A stretch of 24,606 nucleotides of DNA from an uncultured Candidatus Altimarinota bacterium (GCA_938015605.1 CALLPO010000043.1:1-24606); one strand, 5' to 3'. Numbered from the stretch's first letter, positions 13,490 through 23,841 are shown. The notes: a model not told the origin generated them from the letters alone. Numbers and translations: made by a program.

Positions 13490-14068
13490 TTATTTAAATT
13501 CAAGAGATTCTTTAAATTTTTTTACAAATCGTTCTATATTTGTAGAAATATCTGTAACAGTTATTTCTATTTCTCAATATCAAATTTGAGTTACTTTAAT
13601 ATTCATTGGATTAATATCATAATGTTTTTTTCAACGACTTATTGTATGTAATGATGCTCAAGTTCTTTTTTCTACATGTGAACATATTATACTGTAGAGT
13701 TCTTCAACCTTATAATAATATGACTCCAATTCATCATATAAGGAATTTCAATCAACATTTCATACTTTAGCTGTATATCATTCTTTTTTTGAATCACCCT
13801 CACAGTACTTTAATAATTCTGAATCAATATTGTGAAATTTTACCCTTACTTTTTTTATTAAAAAGTTAGAGGATCTTATTTTAATACCTGTTGAAAGTAA
13901 TATATTAACAATATCATTTGAAACAATATTCTGTATATTTTGATATAGTTTTAAATTTTCCTTTGCTAATGTAGGTTTGTATAGTTTATATATTCACGTA
14001 TTATCCTTTTGAACTGTACTATCTCATTTTGATATTTTAATATCCCAAATAGTTTCTAATCAAGACAT
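13490..14068 (-). CDS. Hypothetical protein with protein-kinase-like motifs, 192 aa
   Basis: Open in code 25. HYDINPMN (HxDx4N) at 13601-13624 and VTDIS 22 residues after the Asp. ORF is likely real; the function is inferred. Confidence 0.65.
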
Positions 14069-14202
14069 AATATATTAAAGTTATATATAATTTAAAGTCA
14101 ATATAATGTTTTTGAAATCTTTTGCAAATCTTTTCTTTGATATTTTGCATAAAATCAGTATAAATAGTGTAATATTTATTTCTGAAAAATCATTGTATAA
14201 AA

Positions 14203-15516
14203 ATGCTAAATAAACTTAAAAGATTAGTAGCTCTTGATAATCCATTAAGACTCTTATATCATAAAATTAGAGCAGTTATAGCTAATGTAAAATATGGTTT
14301 TCCACATAAGGAAATGACCATTATTTGAGTTACTGGTACAAATTGAAAAACTACTACTTGTAATATCATTGCTAAATGATTAAGAGAAGCAGGGAAGAAG
14401 GTATTTATGTTTTCAACAGTGAATATCATTGTTAATGATGAGGAGCATACAAATACTTCTAAAATGACTTCACCAGATGTTTTCACTCTCCAAGAATGGT
14501 TATCATATGCAAAGAAGCAATGATGTGAAATTGCTGTAATTGAAACAGCAAGTCATGGTATTAAGATGAATAGAATTTGGGGTATTAATTATGATATTGT
14601 ATGTCTTACAAATATTTCTCAAGATCATCTAGACCTTCATGGGACAATGCATGATTACGTTCAAACAAAATTGAAAATTTTTAAGAATCTAATGTTTTAC
14701 TCTAGAAAAAAAGGAGTTAAAAAAACATGAGTAATTAATATGGATGCTAACTATGCAGATCTTTTTTTAGCTGAGACATATGATACACTTTTTACATATT
14801 GAAAAGACTACAAAGCAAACTTACAACCAAATAAAACTACCACTAGTATTGATGGGACTGAATTTGATTTAAAAATACCTTGAGAGAATATTCATATTAA
14901 GACTTCACTCATCTGAGATTTTAATGTATACAATATAATGTGTGCAGTATGAGTCTTTACAAGTTTTGGTTTTTCTAGAGAACTCATTGAATCATCAATT
15001 GCTAAAGTAACAGGTATTCCATGAAGAATGGATTCTATTTCTAGTGAAGACTGATTTAAGGTCTATATAGATTATGCACATACAGAAGATGCTCTCAGAA
15101 ATGTACTTGAAACTTTTAGAGGACTTAAATGAGTTAAGAGAATTATCACAGTTTTTTGAGCTACTTGAGATAGAGATAAGTCTAAAAGACCAATAATGGC
15201 ACAAACAATTTCTGAATTATCAGATATTGTTATATTGACAGAAGATGATAATTATTCAGAAGATGTACAGGATATTATTAAAGATATGCTTCCTTGAATT
15301 GAAAGAAAAGAATGAGAGGATTTTTGGATTATTGCAGACAGAAAGGAGGCAATCAGGACTGCAATATTATCTGCTAGAAAATGAGATATTGTATTATTAG
15401 CAGGGAAGTGAGATGAGCACTCTATTATCAGAAATCACTGAGCTGATGACTGGCATGATAAAACAATAGCACAAGAAATTATTAAAGAAATATGAGAAAA
15501 TAAATTAGTAAAATAA
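14203..15516 (+). CDS. murE: UDP-N-acetylmuramoyl-tripeptide synthetase (MurE family), 437 aa
   Basis: IGVTGTNGKTTT, MTSPD, ETASHG, TNISQDHLDLH, GIPGRM, IDYAHTEDAL, VFGATGDRDKSKRP, LLAGKGDE. Confidence 0.93.
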
Positions 15517-15525
15517 AGATATTTA

Positions 15526-16983
15526 ATGGCATTATATTTAAAATACAGACCTAAAGATTTTGAGAGTCTTGTGTGACAAGATTTTGTAAAAGAAACTCTA
15601 CAAAAAGCTGTTGAAACTGATAAAACAGTTTGAGCATATTTATTGTGTGGACCAAGAGGAACAGGGAAGACCAGTACTGCAAGAATCTTTGCAAAAGCTG
15701 TGAACTGTGAAAAACCAACAAAAGGGAATCCTTGTAATACTTGTCCTATTTGTAATGCAATTAATACTGAAAGCCTGGTTGATGTTATTGAAATAGATGC
15801 AGCAAGTCATACTTGAGTTGATAATATTAGGGAAATTATAGAAAAAGCACAATTTAGACCTACTAATGCCAAATATAAGATTTATATTATAGATGAGGTA
15901 CATATGCTTTCTAAGTGAGCATTTAATGCTTTATTAAAGATACTTGAAGAACCACCTGAGTATGTTAAATTTATTCTAGCAACAACTGAAACACACAAAG
16001 TTCCAGAAACTATTATTTCAAGATGTCAGAGGTATGATATGAAGAGTATCAGTTTAGATGATATTAAATCTAGACTTACCTTTATTGCAAAAGAAGAAAA
16101 GATAAAAATAGATAAGCAATCTCTTGATTATATTTCTCAAAATGCTTGAGGAGCTCTCAGAAATGCTATTTCACTATTTGAACAATTAGCTACAGAGAAT
16201 AAAATTGAATTCAAAGACATTATAAAGAATCTTTGAATAGTTGAGGAAGATATTCTTTCAAACTTTCTTGATAAACTTATCAGTAAAGATAATAGTGTAG
16301 TTTGAGATTTTGAACAACTTATATCTGATGGGAAAAATGTTAAGCTATTTTTTAAAGAATTATTATTCTATACTAAAAAAGTTTCTTTAAATCTTATTAA
16401 AAATTCTAAAGATATTTCCTCTTATCTTCACATCTTAGATGTTTTAGATTCTACTTACTCTAAAACTAAAGTTTCTCTTGATGAAAATACTACTTTTTTA
16501 ATTTGAATTCTTAAAATTATTACTGATTACAGCCCTGTAATAAGTGTAAGTAATGGTTGAGCTAAGATTTCCACTCAATCAGCTGTACAGGTAAAAAATG
16601 CAGATAAAACACCTAAAGCACATACACCAAAAAAAGAAATACCTACTCAAGAAATTTCAGCAACAGATGTTTGAGATATATTTTGAGATTCAGAACCAAC
16701 AACTCCAAAAACTACAATAGAAACTCTTTTGCCAGAAACAAAAGCTACTAGTGATTTTAATACTACTGAATATCTTTCTCATTTAAAAAAGAACTGAGCT
16801 AAAGCTATGGTTACTTTAAGTATTAAATGAGCATCAATTTCATTAAATGATAAAAACCTTGAGCTTAAATTCAAAACTAAATTTGCTTTAAACTCAGTAA
16901 ATAACCCTGATACTATTGCTTTATTAAATAAAGGATTAATAGATATGGGTATGAGTGATGCTACTGTAAAATTAATTGGTTAA
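15526..16983 (+). CDS. dnaX: DNA polymerase III subunit gamma/tau, 485 aa
   Basis: [19 protein letters not shown], zinc-module Cys, [45 protein letters not shown]. Confidence 0.97.
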
Positions 16984-17010
16984 AAAAGAGCAAGTAAATT
17001 GCTCTTTTTT
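16982..17010. terminator. Bidirectional intrinsic terminator between dnaX and patatin
   Basis: Perfect AAAAAAGAGCAA-GTAAA-TTGCTCTTTTTT, touching both stop codons. Confidence 0.88.
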
Positions 17011-17791
17011 ATAATTCTAATTTTTTAGCATCCTTATATCCAATATTAATAAACTCATCTACTTTATTGAAATCAATAATATCAAGTTTTCAAAAGTCAG
17101 GCCTTACTAATTGAATATCTTTTCAATCTGTTAAAATACTTTGGTCCTCATTTACTTTCATCATAAGTATGACAGAACGCTTAATTATTTCAAAATTATT
17201 TTTAAAAAATCCAGATTTAAAGTTCATTCACATGATATTTTTGGTTTCATGTATTGTTCATGTGTTTATTTTAAGTGCAGATACAGCAATTACATTCTTT
17301 CAATCAAGTACTTGTATAGGGAGATTCATCATTATTCACCCATCTACATAATCCTCTCAATCAATTTTTTGAGGTTTAAATATTCATGGAAGACTAATAC
17401 TCGCTCTAAGAGCTTCTGTTATTTTTCCACTTGTAAATATTCTAGATTCAGCTTTTTCAATGTTTGTAGCTACAATTTTAAGGGAAATTTTTGTATCTTC
17501 AATTTTAGTATCTCTAAAAATTTCCTCCAGCTTCTTTTTGATTTTATTTCACTTCAAAAGTCCAGTTTTAAATTCTGGATCAACAAGTTTAAGTAAATTG
17601 AGTTCATTTGCAAAATCTTGCATTTCTTGGCTATTTTTTCAAATAGCCAGCATTGCTGCAACTATTGCTCACATAGAAGTACCAGAAACCTCATTAATTT
17701 GAGTTTTCTGCTCTTCTAAGTATTTAATTACTCAAATGTGAGCCAATCATCTTGCAGCTCAACCTCATAGAGCTAAGGAGTAGTTTTTCAT
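17009..17791 (-). CDS. Patatin-like phospholipase (RssA/NTE type), 260 aa
   Basis: LALGGGAARGLAHIG, GTSMG nucleophile elbow, RASISLPGIF, YVDGG. Several motif Gly are TGA. Confidence 0.92.
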
Positions 17792-17807
17792 AGTTATAGC
17801 TTATTTA

Positions 17808-19685
17808 TTATAAACTTTTAGTTTTAACTTCTTCTATCATCCTAGTAGTAAACTCTTCTAAGCTTTCACTAGTTTGTTCCTTAGTTTTGTAATTTCTTAC
17901 AGCAACTGTTCAAGCTTTTTCTTCTTCTTCTCAGATAACAAGAATATAGTTATTATGCATTTTTTCAGCATTTCTTACTTTTTTATTAAGTCAATCAGAA
18001 GAGTAGTCTCAAGTAACTCTTAAATCAGCATCTCTGAGTTCTTGCTCAACTTTTTTAGCATACTCGTCAAATTTCTCAGCAACTGGAATGATTTTAATTT
18101 GCCTTGGAGCTAACCAAAGTGGAAAAGTTCCTGCAAAGTGTTCTATAAATACTCACATTCATCTTTCAAAACTTCAAGTAATGGCTCTATGAATTACAAC
18201 TGGTCTTTCTTTTTCATTTTTCTCATTTGTATATTCTAGTTCAAATCTTTCTGGAAGATTAAAATCACATTGAATAGTAGCTAATTGCCATTCTCTTCAG
18301 ATAGCATCTTTGAACATAAAATCTAGCTTTGGTCCATAAAATGCAGCTTCTCATTCAACTCTTTTGTATGGAAGTTCATTTTCCCTAGCAGCTGAGTCAA
18401 GTGCTTCTTCTGCTTGTTCCCAAACATCATCACTTCCAAGATATTTAGATTTATCTTCTCATCTTACAGATAAACTTACCCAATATTCTTTAGTCATTCA
18501 CATGGTAGTGTAGAACTCTTTGATAATATCTGTAATAATTTTTACTTCATCCTTAATTTGTGATGGCCTACAAAATAGATGCCCATCATCTTGAGTAATA
18601 GCTCTTACTCTTGTAAGTCAAGAAAGTTGTCCTGATTTTTCATCTCTGTATATAGTTGCTGGTTCAAAATATCTAACAGGCATATCTCTATATGAGAACT
18701 GATTGTCAGCAAAGATTTGCATATGGTGAGGACAATTCATAGGTTTCATTATGAATTTGTCTTCTTTTCATTGAACTCTAAAAAGCTCATCACCAAACTT
18801 AGCTGCATGACCTGAAGTTTCGTATAATGCTTCTTTTGCAATATGAGGAGTCCAAACTCTATCGTATCATTTTCTCTTATGCATATCCCAAAGATAGTCT
18901 TCAAGTTCTTTTCTAATGATCATTCCAGCTGGTTGCATAAGGGGGAGACCTGGTCCTATTAAATCTGAAACAGTGAATAATTTTAATTTAGCTCATAGAA
19001 TTCTGTGATCTCTTTTTTTAGCCTCTTCAAGCATTTTTAAATGAACATCAAGTTCTGCCTTATCATTAAAAGCATAAGCATAAATTCTAGTTAATTGCTG
19101 ATTTTCAGCATTTCCAAGCCAATAAGCTCAAGCTACTCTTGCAAGCTTAAAAGAATTTGCATCAAGTTCTCTTGTATTTTCTACATGAGGCCCAGTACAC
19201 ATATCAATAAATTTAAGATTTTTTACTTGATCTCAGTCTAATTCTTCAAAGCTTTCATAACTATTATTCTTAGTATAATCTTGAAGGGAAGAGTAGTAGT
19301 CAGAATTTTTTCATTTTGAAGTATTGAAATAAAAACTAATTTTATCAGAGATTTTTTCTTTATTTTTAAAATCTCAAGATTCAATTTTGTCAACAAGTTC
19401 ATTTTTAAATCATTCTCACATTGTGTCTAGAATTTCTCTTGCTTGCTTAAAATCAACTTCAAATTTCTTGAATTCTTGACCTTGAGAAATAATTTTCTTC
19501 ATTGTGTTTTGAATTTTTTTCAAATCTTTATCAGAAATGATATCTTCACCAAAATCAAAATCATAGTAAAAACCATCATCTGTATCTGGTCATGTAGCAA
19601 TTTTAGCTTCTGGATAGAGTTGTTTTACAGCTTGTGCCATAATGTGTGACAATGAATGTCTTTTTGTAGATAGTGGGTATTCCAT
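17808..19685 (-). CDS. thrS: Threonine--tRNA ligase, 625 aa (lacks the N-terminal TGS domain)
   Basis: [82 protein letters not shown]. Confidence 0.98.
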
Positions 19686-19705
19686 GGGGGATTAATTATT
19701 TAATT

Positions 19706-19819
19706 AAAAAACTTCTATTTAATTAATAGAAGTTTTGTGTATATTTTTTATTTTCAGCACAAAATCAACTATTTTAGAATAGAAGTTGAAGTTAAGGTTA
19801 CAAGTTGTGCTAGGTACAT
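19706..19819 (-). promoter_or_regulatory. Leader-peptide transcription attenuator of thrS
   Basis: Thr-containing leader ORF with mutually exclusive 1:2, 2:3 and 3:4 helices. 12-bp terminator (19708-19719 with 19725-19736) and U tract, about 20 nt before the thrS ATG. Confidence 0.75.
19769..19819 (-). CDS. Putative thrS leader peptide MYLAQLVTLTSTSILK (16 aa; Thr at 8, 10, 12)
   Basis: ATG TAC CTA GCA CAA CTT GTA ACC TTA ACT TCA ACT TCT ATT CTA AAA TAG. AAGG lies upstream of the ATG. Confidence 0.7.
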   Translation of the reverse strand: MYLAQLVTLTSTSILK

Positions 19820-19846
19820 TATGCCTTGTTTAGAAAGTACTTATGT

Positions 19847-19874
19847 ACTATATTAATTTAGGTATTTTTGTCAA
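19847..19874 (-). promoter_or_regulatory. Sigma70-type promoter for the thrS leader
   Basis: TTGACA (19874-19869), 16-bp spacer, TATAGT (19852-19847). Confidence 0.65.
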
Positions 19875-19940
19875 TGATATTATATAAAATTATTAATGAA
19901 TATGTTGCTATTAATTATTTTTTTATGTTATTATACATTT

Positions 19941-20720
19941 ATGAACAACAAAGTAGTATATAAATCAAGACAAGAGGCAATTCTAATAGATGAATTGGCT
20001 AGTTCATCTATGATTTCAAAAGAACAGTTACTTGAAATAAAAGAGCATTACAATAAAAATGTACCTTACCACAATTTTTTACATGCATTAGTTGTAGCAG
20101 GGAAGGTACTAGAGCTTCCTACAGAGGATTATAATATTATTGAGGTAAGAAGTTTATTTGTTGCTGCTTTATTTCATGATGCTGGACATAATTGAACTGC
20201 AGAAGATTTAGATGAATTTAGGTCTTTGGATATTGCATTTGAAAACATAGAAAAATTTGAAACAAAATATAATTATGAATGAATAGATTTTCCTATAGTG
20301 AGAAAAGCAATTATTTGAACTGTTTTTAAAAATAGAGCTATTAATACAGGTAAATATGCCAGACTAATGGCTGATCTTGATAATCACACTCTTGGTTTAG
20401 ATTTTGCTGATTTTTTGTATTATACAGATTTTTGAATGGCTGTTGAAATATGAGAACAAACTAATTGAAAAACTGACATACAAAAATGGTTTCAAAATAT
20501 TAGTTATTTTAAATTCTTAATGTGAATTAATAAAAAAATATTTTTGGTTCAGGATTTTCAAAATGATTTATTACAAAATTGTTTACTGAATATTGAAAAA
20601 TATATCAACATTTCACAAAATGACTTCCAAACATTAAAATGAGATAAGTTAATTGATTTATTTAATGTTTGGAAAAATAATGATATTACTCTTGAAGAAT
20701 TTAGAAGTGAATTCTTTTAA
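19941..20720 (+). CDS. HD-superfamily phosphohydrolase with class-I cyclic-nucleotide phosphodiesterase-like motifs, 259 aa
   Basis: NVPYHNFLHALVV, AALFHDAGHNG, LMADL. Start placed at 19941; the in-frame ATG at 19896 looks like promoter sequence. Confidence 0.8.
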
Positions 20721-20800
20721 TATTAGTTTTTTACAAGTAAGTCGTAGTTTTTAATATTATTCAGATAATTTATTTTCAATAAATGATTAATGTTATTTTC

Positions 20801-20829
20801 TTGTTTATTTGTTAATAGAATGTTATTAT
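20801..20829 (+). promoter_or_regulatory. Putative sigma70 promoter of pilT-cyclase
   Basis: TTGTTT, 17 bp, TATTAT with extended TG. AGGAG RBS at 20856-20860. Confidence 0.45.
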
Positions 20830-20864
20830 AACTATATAAGCTAATATTTATTAAAAGGAGACAT

Positions 20865-21905
20865 ATGTTAATTTGAAAGATCCTAAAAAAATGACTAGAG
20901 TTAAATGCTTCAGATATTATTTTATCACCTTTATCTAAGCCATCAATTAAGGTCAACTGAGAAGTAATTCAAGATGAAAGTTTTGAAATTTTTGAAAGGG
21001 AAGTACTTGATAATGAAATCATGAGTATAATGTCAGAAAAGCAAAGAAGAGAATTTGTTGACACTAAAGAACTTGATTTTGGTATAGATATGAAGGGGTA
21101 TTCTAGATTTAGAGTAAATGCTTTTATTCAAAGAGATTGATATGCTGTTGTATTTAGACCTATTAAATCTGAATTACCTACTTTTGAACAACTATGAGTA
21201 CCACAACAAGTGCTTGATTTTGTAGAAAAAAAACATGGACTTATACTTGTGACTTGATCAGTAGGGTCTTGAAAATCTACTACTCTTGCAGCATTATTAA
21301 AACATATAAATCAAAATCATAAAAAACATATTATTACAATTGAGGATCCAGTTGAATTTATACATAAAAATGATAAAAGCCTTGTTGAACAAAGAGAAGT
21401 TTGAACAGATACTCATAGTTTTGATAATGGTTTAAAATATGCCTTAAGACAAGCTAGTGATGTAATACTTGTTGGGGAAATGAGAGACTTAGAAACATTT
21501 AGATTAGCTCTAAGAGCTGCTGAAACTGGGAATTTAGTTTTAGCAACCCTCCATACATCTGGTGCAGCGAGAACGGTTTCAAGAGTAATTGATATGTTTC
21601 CATGAGACGAAAAAGAACAAATTAAACAACAATTAAGTGAATGATTAATTGGAGTTGTGTGGCAAGATTTATTAAAAAGAGCTGATGGTAAATGAAGAAT
21701 TCCAGCATGTGAAGTACTTGTTAATTCTACTAGTGTTTCTAATATGATTAGAAAATGACTTACTCATCAAATTGATTGAGTTATTGAAACAAGCAGAGCT
21801 GAATGAATGGTTCCTATGAAAAAATCATTAGAAAAGTTATTTGGAATGGGATTAATATCAAAAGACAACTATGAGTATAATTTAAAATATCTTTCAACTA
21901 AATAA
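20865..21905 (+). CDS. pilT: Type IV pilus retraction ATPase PilT family, 346 aa
   Basis: [61 protein letters not shown]. The AIRNLIRE box is degenerate (SVSNMIRK). Confidence 0.95.
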
Positions 21906-21906
21906 T

Positions 21907-22701
21907 ATGAATTCAAATTTAAAGGATGCATTAATTATCAATCAACTTATAGAAGATAATAATGATTTTTGAGATAAAATTAGAGATGTTGATGACAACA
22001 ATATTTATAAATTATTTAAAAGGCTCTATGTTAAAAAAAATATAATTGAAGCAGATTTAACCAATTTGCAGGATAATTTTAATAAATTTATACCTGAAAA
22101 ATTTCTAACAGAGATATGAAAAAAGTCTAGTTGAAGAATCAATATTGGAACATCTGTGGAAAAATTTTTACATATAATGTTTGTTGATATTTCAGGTTTT
22201 ACAAAAATGAGTGAAGAGCTATCTTCTGCTAATACTCTTATATTATTGAACATATATTTTGATGCAATCGTAGAAATATCTAAGAAAAATTGATGATATG
22301 TTGATAAATTTTTATGAGATTGAATAATGCTTGTTTTTGATTGTAAAAGCAGTGATTCTGCAGTTAAAACTGCAATAGAAATTAGACAGTTTATGGATAA
22401 AATAAACCTTTCAAAATTACGTAAAGATATTACAGTTTGAATCTGAATACATTCTTGAAAAGCAATTTTATGAACAATTGGATCAAGACATAGAATGGAT
22501 ATTACTATTATTTGAGATAATGTAAATATTGCATCAAGGCTTGAAGATATGACAAGACGTTTGGATGATTGGATTATTATTTCAAAAAATACTTATGATC
22601 TGATTGATAAGAAAAAAGATCTTTCAATCAGTAATCTCTGAGAAAATGAAATTAGAGGTAGGGATTCAAGGATACATTTATACTGAATTTCTGAAGAATA
22701 G
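21907..22701 (+). CDS. Class III nucleotide cyclase, predicted adenylate cyclase, soluble, 264 aa
   Basis: MFVDISGFTKMSE (metal Asp), YVDKFLGDGIM (Lys ATP selector, second Asp), GIGIHSG, DITIIGDNVNIASRLE (Thr selector, catalytic Asn/Arg). Confidence 0.93.
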
Positions 22702-22753
22702 TACTTCACATAATATTATTTAAGAGAATTTTTAATATTAGCATGAAATATAT

Positions 22754-22790
22754 AAAAAAACTAACATCTATATTGGATGGTAGTTTTTTT
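22754..22790. terminator. Bidirectional-type intrinsic terminator after the cyclase
   Basis: AAAAAAACTAACATC-TATATTG-GATGGTAGTTTTTTT, one mismatch. Confidence 0.8.
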
Positions 22791-22963
22791 ATTGCCTTAA
22801 AGTAGGAGAGAGGTAGTTACTAAATTAATTATTATAAATAATAGTAATTTAATTAACTAAATTAATTTAATGAACAAATATATGGTTAGTTAAATTAATA
22901 CACTAAAACAAGATTTAGCACAAAAGCAAGAAAGCTTACTTATCAAGAAAGACTCACAATATA

Positions 22964-22991
22964 ACTACACATAAGTTATATTATGTTAACT
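22964..22991 (+). other. dif site (XerC/XerD recombination site)
   Basis: ACTACACATAA-GTTATA-TTATGTTAACT. Compare E. coli dif GGTGCGCATAA-TGTATA-TTATGTTAAAT and B. subtilis ACTTCCTAGAA-TATATA-TTATGTAAACT. Lies in a gene-free gap. Confidence 0.8.
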
Positions 22992-23145
22992 ATAATAAAT
23001 AACACTAATTATACCCTTTATTTGACAATGTATACAATATTTGTACTAGAGATTCACAACTACTTATTACCTATTAAATAATGTGTACATAAATTATTTC
23101 TTTATTTAATTATTATAATTGTTTTAATAGAAAATTAATTCAATT

Positions 23146-23169
23146 AAAAAAAGAAGTAAAACTACTTCT
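23146..23169 (-). terminator. Intrinsic terminator overlapping the Nudix stop codon
   Basis: AGAAGTA-AAAC-TACTTCT with a 7-U tract on the minus strand. Confidence 0.6.
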
Positions 23170-23830
23170 CCTCTGTTTTATCTTTGATGATAGTTAAAAA
23201 ACTCTTAAAGTAATTTTTATATTCTTTTATGTAAAAATGTAAATCTTGAGTGAATGTATCTGGAAATTGTTTCATCTCATCCTCTAATTCATTTATTGAA
23301 TAGAAAAGGACTCATTTAGCTTCTTTATCAACATTTTTAACAGATCATCAATACACTCATATGTAGATATGAATTTTATTTGAGATAGTTATTTTTTCCC
23401 CTTTAATCAATTTTTCTATATTAATTATTTTAGTATCAACATGTTCCACAACTGCTGTTGAGCTTATATATTTACTTAATAGATTATAAGTTTTAAGAAA
23501 ATCTTGATGATTATTTAAGACTATTGAAGGAACTTTTAATTCTTGAACACTTTCAACCATAGCAGTAAAATCAGCTGTATCACCACTTACTACATGTCAT
23601 CAAATAGATTTATCCAAAAGGTTTGCATTATGTCCCTTATTTGAAGATCTTTTTTGAAGTATTAACTCTCACGATTCATTGAATAAGAAAATATTAATTA
23701 CTTCTATAGCCTTTGTGGGTTCTCAGTTAGTTTTAAATTCATTAACTTGTTCCTTATAAAATTCATCTCTATCCATTGGTATAGAGATGAATGGATTCTT
23801 TAAATCAAATGTATTTACAGTTTCGGACAT
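23162..23830 (-). CDS. Nudix-fold hydrolase (IPP isomerase type 1-like N-terminal motifs), 222 aa
   Basis: IFLFNESGELILQKRSSNK...DKSIGGHVVSGDTADFTAMVESVQEL. Confidence 0.85.
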
Positions 23831-23841
23831 TCATAAATTGG

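Noticed and set aside
16785-16802. In-frame A AAA AAG at dnaX codons 420-422 with a -1 frame stop three codons later, resembling the E. coli gamma frameshift
   Set aside because: There is no upstream internal SD and no stable downstream hairpin. A-runs are very common in this sequence, so chance is likely.
19686-19850. T-box riboswitch upstream of thrS
   Set aside because: There is no T-box UGGNACC bulge or stem I, and the leader is too short. The leader-peptide model fits better.
19896-19940. Longer N-terminus (MNMLLLIIFLCYYTF) as a signal peptide for the HD protein
   Set aside because: This AT-rich stretch contains promoter-like elements, and its hydrophobicity follows from T-richness. 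ATG 19941 is preferred, though the longer start is not excluded.
22702-23161. oriC, tRNA, tmRNA or a hidden CDS in the long intergenic gap
   Set aside because: I found no DnaA boxes, no cloverleaf or tRNA-like ends, and only ORFs of about 20 codons or fewer. The many AT palindromes are expected at this composition.
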